Part shown: in pieces, positions 45,501-56,179 of the stretch
Position numbering within the stretch: the stretch's first letter is position 1
How the letters are laid out: the number at the start of each line of letters is the position of its first letter
Assembly: GCA_964036045.1 (NCBI GenBank)
Contig: OZ038379.1
Coordinates: 9,238,001-9,302,000, forward strand
Reading direction: 5' to 3'
DNA length: 64,000 bases
Source of the DNA: Eutreptiella sp. 'Long Island Sound 2002'
Taxonomy: Eukaryota > Protista > Euglenida
Made by a program: the position numbers and the translations under genes
Notes under the pieces: generated by a model
The model's input: the letters and a program-made list of their open reading frames with translations, nothing else
Databases searched by the model: none
Told to the model about the DNA's origin: nothing

Positions 45501-48500
45501 CAGCGGGCTACCCGACCGTCCCTCTTTTGTGATGGGAAGGGTACCTCTTGTCTTGCAGGCCACTGACGAGCAAATTTCTCTGCTTTCTGTGCTCATTGTT
45601 GCGCACTTGCCACCGGGCCTTGACACAGATTTCCTCGGAGGGTTCAAACGCATGTTTCAGCGATTTCACAGAAATGGGACTCCAGGGGCGGTGTCTGGGT
45701 CCTGGGTTTACTGGGGCCCGGGACTGAGGGGCCTTGAGTGGTGTTTGTGATGCGTTGGCCAGTGCTGTCCATAATCAACTTCTTTTGTGACTGCGGTTGG
45801 GAGGAGAGCCGCCACACCGCTAGTGGTCAGTTCCCTGTACCCCAGAATATCCGGGACACAAAGCGGGCGAGGAATCAAAATGGCTACTCCTGATGGGGTA
45901 AAAAACAGTGGACCAGCGGTGCATAGGCATTTAGGAGCAGGTGGGTGCTTGGGTCCACATCCACATCCACAGCCACGAAGGGCTGCAAACGAACCCCCGA
46001 GGTCACGAAGATCTGAGTCTTTTGTGGGGCAAGTCAGGCTGACACTGGACCGCCACAGTCCAAAACCTCTCTTCTACCCTCCAAAATGGGGACATGGGTC
46101 CTGTGTGGGGCATTGGGGGATTTCACATGCCCAAAGAAGCTGACAGGTGCATGGCCACAGCCTAAAGATACCATTGGTGCCCTCCCACATGGTCCCCGAT
46201 TATTTCTAACCAGGTGCTGTCCCCCATTTATGTATTTTGGCTGAGAATTGAGCGGCGTATGTCCCAAGAATGACCAGATTTGTGAACCGCTTTTGGAGAT
46301 GGACAAAATTTGTAGCAATTTGCGGTGATTGGTGGTGTCAATCTTCCTGATACAGGTCTGCATTGGTGCACAAGTGGGCCTTTGGCAGACTGGGTCTTCA
46401 AACATGACAAGGGTCGGCCTTGCAGCCTCGGCATGTCTCATGCGCCAGCCCATGCTCCTGCTCTGCTCCTCAGGTAATGGACAACACCATCCGTGACGGA
46501 GGCCTCATCAACAACTGGAAGTTCTCCGACGACTTTGTGAAGGCCGTTTACAATGCGTGTGTTGCGGCCGGCGTTGATTACATGGAGGTCGGGTATTTCT
46601 CGACCCCCGGCACCTACACCGATGCGGGGCCCTGGCGGCACTGCAGGGACGCAGACCTGCGCCGCGTCATGGGTGACAACAAGACATCGCTGAAGCTGTC
46701 GGCCATGGTGGATGTGGGGCGCATCACGGCTGACGACATCCCACACAGCAACGACACCCTCATCGACATGGTACGTGTGGCGTTCTACCACAACCAGGTG
46801 GAGGAGGCAGTCAAGATCGCCAACGCGTGCACTGACAAGGGGTTTGAGGTGGGCCTGCTTTTCATGGCGTTGTCCAGCATCAACAAGGTCCTGCTGCCAT
46901 TGATGCCCTAGATGCCAGTGCTGCTGCCATCCTATTTTCTCCCACCTTTACGCCCAGTGCAATGGCATTCGTACCTTCACTTGCATCCCAACCAGTGCAT
47001 GACCTTGTGTGACCAATCCTGCTCAGCTTCTGTTCCTCATGCCCCTACCTCCGCACCACATGGAACCAAAACACTGCTAGTCTCAATTTGCACTAGCCAC
47101 TAGGGGGCGTAATCGGCGCTGTGCACAAAGCACACAGGACCGTACCCAAGCTGCATAGTAGTGCCTAGTACCAGTAACTATGAGCCTTCTCATGCATCGA
47201 TATGAGCTGCTTGCATTTTGCTCTCATTTCTAGTGTATTGGTGTGTGTTGTTTTGCATCCTTTCCAAAAGGTTTGTGGTATCTATCAAGAATTTGGATTT
47301 GGCTTGGCCCCTTTCCGGTTGGGGATATGGACTGGCCCCTGTGGCGTACACTGTGATTTCGGCGATGGCCTCCTCTCCGTACCTTTGGAGCTGTCAGGAC
47401 GAAAAGAATCTCAATTGCGTTACGAGGCTGTCCAACATTATGGGGGCGTAGTATGGTCTGTATTGGCAAGAATATGGCCAATTGTAGCAAAACCCCCCAA
47501 CTTCTCCCTGGCATGTGCACACGCTGTGTCGACATGCCCCCCTATGCCCATGCACCTCCCTCACTCAATCAACTCCAGTGTTTTCATCAACCCTGCCGCA
47601 ATGTCGCCACCTCAGTGTGTCAATCAAGCAACCTCAACTCGTCAATCAAGAAGTTTCAGTGCCATGATCGAGCAATCCAGTGCTTCAAGCATGCCACTCC
47701 ATCGAGCCACCCCAGTGCCTAAATCTAACAACTCAGTCAAGCCACACCAGTGCCTCAAGCAAGCACCTGCTTTTGAGTCCCCCATCAGACTTTTTTCGGA
47801 GCAGTGGTAGTTTTCTTGCGCCTATTTTGACTGCTGGCATCTTCTGACCTGGGCTGGGTGGGTAACTTTGTGCGACCATACAATACATATGACCCAGGGC
47901 GACATGGGGCTTGTTTTGAATGGTATGTGTTGGGTTCCGAGCCCCCTGCGGCCTTCACCCTTGACCCCTCCCCTTTCACCCCCAACCCAACGCATGGGCA
48001 ACCAACACGCCTATCCACAAATGGATGATTCCCTCCTCAAAAGGGGGGCACGTACGTACACCAGGAAGTACCAACCGGCATACTCCTTCAGCCTGTATGG
48101 CACCCCCCCCCCCCACACACACACGCACACACCACACGCTTGCAAGCTTCACGTCGGCCCGAAAATAGCCCGATCCACCGCCTCAGTGACCATCTTTACT
48201 TGCAGGGAGATGTGGTGAAGGCCCTGGACGTGATTGCCGACAAGTGCCGCTGTAATTTCGTCTACATTGCCGACTCCTACGGCAGCCTCTACTGTGAGCA
48301 AGTGGAGATGCTGGCCAAGCTTTTCCAGCAGAAGCTGCCAGGCCGCATCGTGGGATTCCACGGCAAGAACAATCAGCACATGGCCTTTGCAAACACCATC
48401 CAGGCCATTTGCACGCTTGAAGGGGTGGCCATGGTGGACAGCTCCATCATGGGACTGGCGCGCGGTGCCGGGATCACCCCCACCGAGAACATGATGACGT

Positions 48501-48790
48501 TCCTGAAGAATCCGAAGTTCAAGCTGCGGCCCATTCTTGAGGCGATCCAGACGCACGTGCAGCAGCTCGCGGACGACCTGGAGTGGGGCCCATCGATGGC
48601 GTTGTTGTACTCGGGGGCGCGGAACATGCACCCGAGGGACGCGATGGCGTGGCACGCGGCGGGCAAACGATTGGATGGGGCGCGCTTCATCGACTCCGTT
48701 GCGAGCAAAGCTGCGCGGCCGAGGGCAGTTGCCGGTGCAGAGGCAGGGGGCCGTGCTGCGCCACCGCTGCCAGAGGACTGCCGGGCGTAA
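39578..48790 (+). CDS. Tandem double-domain DRE-TIM metallolyase (HOA/HMGL-like aldolase), copy B, intact, 719 aa
   Basis: Exons 39578-39902, 40799-41111, 43404-43653, 44130-44402, 46474-46887, 48206-48790 total 2160 nt with an open frame. GT-AG introns sit at the same positions as in copy A, and the catalytic motifs are the same. Confidence 0.93.
41830..42370 (+). pseudogene. DXD glycosyltransferase (GT32 / capsular-polysaccharide-synthesis-like) pseudogene nested in intron 2 of copy B
   Basis: IF*G...CVNS*RRHLPDWQINVLNERSIEQYL...SHVIRLSLLYTYGRVWLDASVLL...ESWILAAP, then after a frameshift KLWTT...SYFMIYDAINYIL. This fits the C..SW...PdW / SD..Rl.lL..yGGvWlDa / SWfiaa pattern. In-frame TGA at 41861 and 41927. 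Confidence 0.75.
42778..42822 (+). repeat. Second short copy of the 5' part of the glycosyltransferase pseudogene
   Basis: TGTCCAATGAACACTCCTGTTCGGACCGCATTTTTTAGGGACC versus TGTCCAACGAACACTTCCGTTCAGACCGTATTTTTTGAGGACC at about 41826-41868. Confidence 0.7.
45215..45345 (+). repeat. Dispersed ~130-bp repeat, second copy at about 47965-48090
   Basis: GGGCAACCAA...GATTCCCTCCTCAAAAGGGG..CACGTACG.ACACC.GGAAGTACCAACCGGCA occurs in introns 4 and 5 of copy B. Confidence 0.75.
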
Positions 48791-49279
48791 AGATGGCTGT
48801 CATCACCACCGCAGCACACCACCAGGCACCACACGTGCACATCTTGCCAAACCAGACTTGCCTCCACCAAGCGCCACCTCAGACCTGATCACAAAGGGCC
48901 CGGCCCTAACGAGTGGTGCGCTTCATGCAATTGTTTCGTCCTGGGTTCCGGGTGTGATAGGGCAGCACTGCCTCCAAGCCAAAGGGAGCCGCGCTTCCGG
49001 ACGCCAGTGGCAAGTGTGTCCCACACCTTACAGCGTGCACAGCGCCACATCGCGCCAGCAGCACACCACTTAGCACGCCACACTACCGCGCACGAACCCA
49101 CCCCGTAACCCAGTGGGTTGCCGTTTGCACGCCCCCCGAACATGTCCCCCCCAGAAGAGGAGGTGCGTATATATACCTAGAAGCATGGGCAGTATCAAAG
49201 AAGGATATGTTTCGCGCTACAAACCCCCTGCCCAGCGCCCTCCTTTCATCTCAACTGTTGCTTGTTGTGCACGGTCAGC

Positions 49280-50500
49280 CCTGGAAGCAATCCGAGTCAA
49301 CTGCTCCCATTTGGAGGCTATCCAACAGGTGTTGAAGGCAATGAAGGCAGGAACGAGCCCTTATATAATGAAGAGTCCACGAAGCCATTCCATATGACAA
49401 GGTCACTCCAGCACGCAGGTGCTGCTTCACGCAAGATGCCCAGCCAGTGGCACAGATCCACTGCCACTGCGGCACGCTCCTGCTGCTGCGTCGCATAGCA
49501 CAGTGGCCTCACAATGCAATGAGCAGTGGAAAGTCACCACAAGGATTCAGGTCAAGGCTACCCAGCAATTGCTTCCAGGTCTTTCTGTGACAAGTGTGAA
49601 CACACAGAAGCTTCAACACAGAAAAACATGGCCAGCTTGAATCCCACACTTCAGGCTGCCTCCCACATGTCATAGTTGCCTGCCCCTCCTGCCATGTCGG
49701 AGCACAGTAGTCCAAACCAGAGCTGCCAGTAGTCCCCAGCAAAACTGTTGGCTGCTCCAGGCAGCCTCCAGGAGATGCATAGGGTCACATCTGGCGGTGA
49801 CCTCACGCAGATAATTGGACTACACCCGAAAGGCTCCGGCAGGGCAACCACCTCTCCCCCAGAAGCAGAGAGGGACGTTTTTGGGCTGGCAGTGGGGTCG
49901 GAAGTTTGCCACTACCCACCTCTTTGGATCCTCTTTGTGCTTTGAGCTTCCTACCCCACTCCCTCCAGTAGCCAGCCCCATGTCCTGCCCTAAGGTCTGG
50001 ATCAGCTGAGCTCCTGGGTCCCGCCCGACCTCTGATCTGCTTTTTTCTCCCGCAATGCCCGTCCATATTGCCGGTGCGGGTGCAGGGCAGGTCAGGGGGA
50101 GATAGAGAGCGGAGGGAAACGGTGGAAGAAGATGCAATTCCATTCTTCCGAAAGCTGGGAGAGCGCCATCCAGTCCATTATCATGCGAACACACAGCACA
50201 CTGACATCCGGCAACCTCTGGCACAGGATTGCACGACAATCAGCGGCCTCCACAAAAGGTTGCGTCAACACCCGGCGGATCTCAGCATGCCGGAGTCTAA
50301 CAGCACTTTTGGTTCCAAGCCATTTATACCCTCTGCACTTGGCAAGAATGACACAATGGGGCAACCACGAGATTACGCCCTGGCACCTGCGGAATGCGAT
50401 GAGCCCCCCAGAGAGGAGCGGCATGCTCCGACCCCATCGGGGCCAACAGGCCTCTCCAACAACCGTCACAGAATACAGAGGAGCGCGATCACAGTGATTC
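49280..50500 (+). pseudogene. Decayed L1/Tx1-like LINE reverse transcriptase
   Basis: EAIQQVLKAMKAGTSP, NTQKLQHRKTW (D..KAFD.v.W), RLRQGNHLSP (about 49830-49860), ILFV (YADD position), FRKLG, LLVPSHLY, SPPERSGM (P...GGl-like). Confidence 0.65.
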
Positions 50501-50986
50501 CAGGTCCATATTCCAACACAGGTGCTATTCTGGCTCCCTCACCTGGGGGATGCTCAAGCGCTGTTGCAAGCTGTTGGTTCCTTGGAGGGAAATCATACTC
50601 GTAGTACACATGCAAGCGGTATCGAGTCTCAAGTCTCTTTGTTGTGTGCAGGCCGTACAGAAGGGATTCTTGGATCATTGCGTGGATCAGCACTACCCCC
50701 CCCCCCTTCCCCTTGCGAGAACAACGCCCTTGTCAGAACAACAGTAGGTGTTGTTTCTGCAAGTTTTGGGGGTGGTTTGTTCTGCACCTGCACGTGTTCT
50801 TTGAACAGACGTGGTGACACTGCACTTGATAGAGGGCAGGACCACGGCAAAGCCACAACTACAAGCCTAAGCCACACCACACACCACATTCAGCTGTTGT
50901 AGGCCATGACCGCTAGGCTGTAGGACATTTATGGAAGCACCGTAAAACAACACTGAAGCTGTGACTGTAGTACTGTAGGCGAGGCT

Positions 50987-51530
50987 GGCTTGGCGGCGGG
51001 CGTGGCGGCCTTCAGCCCCAAACATCTAAAAACAAAAAAGGTTTTTAGCTTGATCTGGAACACCTGTGTAGAGAGATGGCTGACTGCCGTAGCAAACAAG
51101 GGTATTTTCACTACCTACCTTGCTGGGAAAAGCGCTATGCAGCAGACCCCTGTTCTCCAGCACAATGCCATCTTTTTGACCACTTTCTTCGCACATTCTT
51201 AGGGTCACTCTTTGTACCCAAACACCAGCAATTTGAGCCGGCAACGATTCTTTGTGCTCTGTCTGGCAAGCCATAATGAACTCCTACGGCATCACCCATT
51301 TCACCCATAGGGCAGGGCAAGAGGGCCACAGCCACGCCTTAGGCTTGGGCAAAGGGTGTGGGCAGGTGGCAAGGCTGGCTTGTCGGTAGGCGTGACGGCC
51401 TTCAGCCCCAAACATCATAAAAGAAAGAAGGGTTTCAGATTGATCTAGAACACATGGAACGTGTAGCGATATGGCTTATTGCTATAGCAAGCACAGGTAT
51501 TTTCGCTACCTACCTTGCTGGTAAAGCGCT
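50987..51530 (+). repeat. Two diverged ~150-bp direct repeats 390 bp apart
   Basis: GGCCTTCAGCCCCAAACATC...GGTATTTTC.CTACCTACCTTGCTGG..AAGCGCT at about 50987-51138 and 51377-51530. Confidence 0.8.
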
Positions 51531-53785
51531 CAGTCAACCCCCCCGGGGTGGCAAGCATTGCCAGACATGGCCAATGCCATCCAAACACGCCTCCCGGTGC
51601 CCTATGCAATACGCCTCACAAAGGGAAGGCATGATCGCGGCCATCTAGTCCATGTGTGCCACTCCAAGAATATCCAGCACGGTTTTTTCTAGGGGGTGGG
51701 TGGCTTTGTCACAAATTCTAGGTGGATGGGTTTCCAACCCCCCTCCCTCCCCTCGTAGGGTAGGCCATAGGCGATTGTGGGGGGCTTTGGGTCAGCGCCA
51801 AAGGCGCCGGTCAAGGCATTTTGCTTGTGGTAAGACATTTTGCCTATGGTAGTTGGGTGGGTGGGTGGGTGGCTGAGTGGGTTGGGTATCGGGGCTTTTC
51901 TTAAGCACCCCGGGGGGGAGGGGGGTAGGGGGTGATTTTAGAGGCCCACCCACCCAAAATTTTGACAAACCCACAGACCCACAAATGTCCGGCCCCCCGG
52001 GGGGGGGGGGGGGGGGGGGCTATTGCACACCCAGCCACCCACTCTCCCTTGGGTCCGTTTGAGGTGGGACTTTCGCCGGGTGATGCAGAACGAAAGTAGG
52101 GCAAGAGTTTGAGACCTTAATAGGCTACCTATCCGGACCAAAACATGGGTTTTTCTTCTGAAAATATTGAAATTGGACCAAATTTATGTGAACGTGAATC
52201 ACCCATTCTAATGACCGCTTAACACCCGTTCACTAAGGGTATATGCATGTCCTTTTCACTACATCGTGAGGTGGTGTCAAGGTTACAATGCACGGCCTTG
52301 GGTGGCTTGGGGAGTGGGGCTAGGGTGAAACATGGGGTTGTGGGGGTGTAGTATGGTCTATATAGGCAAGAATATTACTAATTGACCTAAAATGCCCACT
52401 AAAATCTGCTTGCTATGCCCGCGCTATGTGTGCTGTGCGCACGTTGTGCACACATGCCGCGTAATGTTATAATTGTTATTGGACATGCTTGAGATGGAGC
52501 ATATCCGATTTTGGGATCATCTACAATCGTCAACCACTACCCACCAAAACAGTCCAAAACAGCGTTTGTAACGGCCAACAAAGAACCAATAGAGGGGCCT
52601 AGACGGTGCTACATGGCTCCCTAAGGGTTTGTAGTAACCCCATTGTCACCAACCGATCACCCAATAACAGCCACAGGGCCCTAGGGGTTGCCAAAGGTCA
52701 CCCAAAATAGCAATTTTTCAGCCAACCTACGCCACCCTGAAAATGGCTCAGTCCTCACCATCGGGGCCCCAAAGGGGGGCCAATCTGGGAAACTTGGAGA
52801 TAGCACCTAGAGCCGCCGTTATTGGTTAGGGTGTCCATATCGAAAGTTGGAATGGGACAAGGGTGTGAAGCGACGCACACTGGTCGCTATAGGCCAACCA
52901 AAATTTGCCCACTAGCGTGCAATAAAGCCCAAAACGGCACTTTGGGTGCCAATAAGCACCACTATGAAGGCTTAGATGCTGCTACATGGGTCCCCATGGG
53001 TTTATACATACACCCATCATCACCAAAGGATCCCACGACAACAACCTAAGTGTTCTTGAGGACCATCAAGGGTCGCCAGAAAAAGGGTATTCTTCAACCA
53101 ACACTAGTAGACCGCTTTTAGTGGAAGCGGTCATTTCGTGTCCTTCATGACCGGACCTATACAAGGCTAGAGGTTGCAAAAATCGTCCTTTTGCATCCTA
53201 GTATGTGCATACTGTCATAACATCCCAACTCCCACCCCTTAGAGTGAGTACCATGGAGTCATTATGGTCGGCCAAAAATGCCGGCATAGCAAAAATGGCT
53301 GAAAACTACATCAATTGCAACGCTCATCCCACTTAGCTCACCCCCCCCCCCCCCCCACAGAGCCGGTACCCGAAAACACTTCAGCTCAAAATCGAAAGAC
53401 CCAAAAGATTTGTGGTTTTTGACCCAAAAAAAAGTGGTTGTCATTTGTTTTGGGGGGGGAGGGGGTGGCTCAGTGGGACCCCGGGGGTGATGGGTCAGGT
53501 GAAAAACGTGATTTATGGCTCGCATGCGAGGGGGGGGGGGGGGAAGCCTACATACAATTCTGTCTTTTGCTTTCGCAACCTCGCGAGAGAACCACCACCA
53601 ATGGGCAATCCGGTCCTGCACAATTTTTGCCAACCTCATCGGAGCCCTGCGAGCACGCAGAGCACCGTGCACAGCAAGAAACGGAGCGAATCTTGCCTTT
53701 TACCTAAACAAAGTAGCTTCTGGATGAGATCACGGTCGACCGGTGGGTTTCGATTGCACTAACAAGGATGCAGCAAGGGACAACT

Positions 53786-53858
53786 TCATCGATAGTAGAG
53801 TGGTAATCCTTTGGGCCGGTGATGGGCGTGATCGGTGGTTCAAATCCCGCGACGGGAG
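53786..53858 (+). pseudogene. Degenerate tRNA-like sequence (tRNA pseudogene or SINE head)
   Basis: A-box-like TAGTAGAGTGG and B-box GGTTCAAATCCC at tRNA spacing; acceptor-like ends pair 6/7 with wobble; anticodon and T stems are broken. Confidence 0.4.
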
Positions 53859-54010
53859 GTTGGGATGCACCAGCGACCCGCATCGCCCGATTCGTCCATT
53901 TTTGCATGCATGCATGACATCAAGAGCCAAAACGTGATAAATTGAAGTGTTGAGTGCAATGGTGAGTGCACCGGAAGGAAATGGTAGTATCCAGTATGCA
54001 AGGTATCGTC

Positions 54011-54078
54011 TTCTTCATAGTGTAGTGGCTATGCACACGGCCTGAGGCCCCTGGGGGATGAGTTCGAACCCCAGAGGG
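54011..54078 (+). pseudogene. Second degenerate tRNA-like sequence
   Basis: TAGTGTAGTGG (A-box-like) and GAGTTCGAACCCC (B-box-like). Confidence 0.3.
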
Positions 54079-54589
54079 TTGTAGTGGGCTGCCTTAGTGA
54101 CATGGTCAATGAAAATCTTGTAGCCATCTTACACATATCGCCCCCAACCGGTGGAGCGTTTTTGCGGTGCTTTCTGAACCCTTAAGTGCAAGGTTATGTC
54201 TAACCGGTGCCTATGGGAGGGGGATGGGCTGACCAAGACAACCCAAGAAACATTCGATAGCTGTGGTGCACGGCAAACTCAAGGCAACATTCGGCACTGA
54301 TGTGGGTTGAGCTGCAGTGCAGCAAGTCAAAACAATGAATTGAGAGTTGTGGCTATGATCATATACCTGTGTCAAGGGGGTATATGTGAGCTGAGTATCC
54401 GTTGCTCATCATTCCTTCGGGGTCTAGGGGGTTTCCAACCAAAATCTCGTTGGGGCATGCCTTTATTGGACAAAATAATGATTTTACAAGAGGTTAAACC
54501 AACAATTCCTCATGCCTCAGACAATCCAAGACGCTGCGTTGTACAACAGGTATGGTGCATGCCACCTCACACGCCAATTTTCTCAGTGC

Positions 54590-54611
54590 CTGTATTTTTC
54601 ATGGTTGCCAG
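54590..54611 (+). promoter_or_regulatory. Putative trans-splice / 3' acceptor upstream of the receptor-ART gene
   Basis: CTGTATTTTTCATGGTTGCCAG ends 8 nt before the ATG at 54620. Confidence 0.35.
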
Positions 54612-54619
54612 CCCTGACA

Positions 54620-55153
54620 ATGAAATTCTTCGTCTACCTGCTTTTCATCTTGCTGATGGCCCTCTTCTACTCCCAAATCGCGCCTTCTGGCCTCTACTTT
54701 CGAAGCAACAAGATTGTCATGCGAGGGTACAACCACCGGCACAACCGCAGCATCGATGGCGGCTGTGCACCAGGTCGCAGTAGCACGATCCGTGTGCATG
54801 AGAAATGTGTCCCTGGGAGTAGTTGCGGCTGGAACTTCACCCTGCGTGGCCCCACCGCCCAATTGACTCTATCCTTCTCGGGCGGAACGCAAGTGTGCGT
54901 CTCATGCACCGGCCAGCGCTGCCCATCGCCATCGATCGTCACACAGTCGTGGCCCCGGCTCCCATACCACCAGTTCTTGGTCGAGGTGCTATCATTCCCG
55001 ACGGAGTCTCTTGACACTGCCTGGGCCGCAGCGCAGCCTGCCCGGACCGACGGCCTCCCGCTGCAGACGGCCCTGCACCTGCCCTCGGGCTGGCACCCCA
55101 GTGACTTCCCGCCACAACAGCGGCACCAAGGCCAACCCTATGCCACGCTTCAG
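54620..55153 (+). CDS. Exon 1 of the receptor-like ADP-ribosyltransferase: signal peptide, Cys-rich segment, start of beta repeat 1
   Basis: MKFFVYLLFILLMALFYSQIAPS hydrophobic leader; 178 codons ending at CAG|GT, phase 0, in frame with the acceptor CAG|GTC at 56179/56180. Confidence 0.75.
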
Positions 55154-56179
55154 GTCAACGAAGGGGGGCAGTTGTTCTTCTTCCCCTCACCTTCCGTTAT
55201 CCCTCACACCTTTACAACTCCCATCCCCCTTGTGCTCTCTTCCTTTTCTTCCGTGGCATTTGCTTCTCACCAGTCACCAGCCTCTAACACATCTCCCTCC
55301 TCTGCATCATTTGTCTCGTACCTCTTTGAGGTTTCCACACGTGACCCCCACCCACCCCTTCTCCTGCCCCTGCGGGCCCAGTTAGCTAGTCACAAAGGGT
55401 GGCTGGGTCTGGCCCCTGGTAATATTGGCGCCGACGGGTGGTCTCTTCAGTCAAAGTCTGGGGCGCTCTGACCTAGTGCCTTGCGAGCGAAGGGTCATTG
55501 TTCCGACTATTTAACCGTCCGTATATTTCGCCCCGATGCAGCAGGGATTATGCAGCCCCCCCCCCCCCCCCAGTACCAACCGGTATATTTAGTCAGCCTT
55601 TATGCCCCCCTCCCGCAAGGGGCTTCGGCCCTTTCAAGTGACACCCGTTGCGGCGGCATTTGTGGGTGGGCAGTGGCTCAGACGAGTTCAGTACGGATGT
55701 GAGTGATACACGTCGAAAACGCCGAGCCCAAGAGGGTAATCAAGAGGAATCCGGAAGGAGACTAAAGGCCCTATTCTGACCTGAAACCCAATCGGTTGGG
55801 GGCGCCTCACGGCGCCTTGCTGGACAGCACAGCACATTTGTGACGGCTCCTGGCGGCGTGTTGCTGGACAACACGAACAATATGTGTCGCAGCTTCGCCG
55901 CTTGGGGCCTGAAGTACTGTGTGAGGATGCCAGAGTGATTCTGAACATAAGCGACCATCGCTGATGTATGGCCAAGGGGCTTCAGCCCACTGCCAGTGTG
56001 TGGTGGATGGGGGGGCCGGTCTCACCCCGAGAAGCCCCCCCCCCCCCCCTCCCCAGCCGTGCACACTGCAGCTCTCGCCTTCCCCCGTCTCTCTCCTCAT
56101 GCCATTCCCTCTTCCTCTCCTTCTTAAAACCTCCTCCCCGGTCCTCTCCGCCCTCCCTCCTCCCTTCGCCGCGATGCAG

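Noticed and set aside
21319-48205. Euglenid-type non-conventional (non GT-AG) introns
   Set aside because: All ten DRE-TIM introns and the receptor intron are canonical GT-AG; the short end-pairings I saw are too weak to claim.
20994-48790. Assigning a gene symbol such as dmpG, mhpE or leuA
   Set aside because: The motifs place it in the HOA-like DRE-TIM group, but substrate and orthology cannot be fixed from the sequence alone.
55154-55471. C-terminal half of the 319-aa ORF 54512-55471
   Set aside because: Read-through into the intron (T/C-rich, S/P/F-rich) past the CAG|GT donor.
55964-56179. N-terminal 72 aa of the 1804-aa ORF-track protein
   Set aside because: Pro/Leu/Ser-rich translation of an intron pyrimidine tract and C-run ending in CAG; the real N-terminus is most likely exon 54620-55153.
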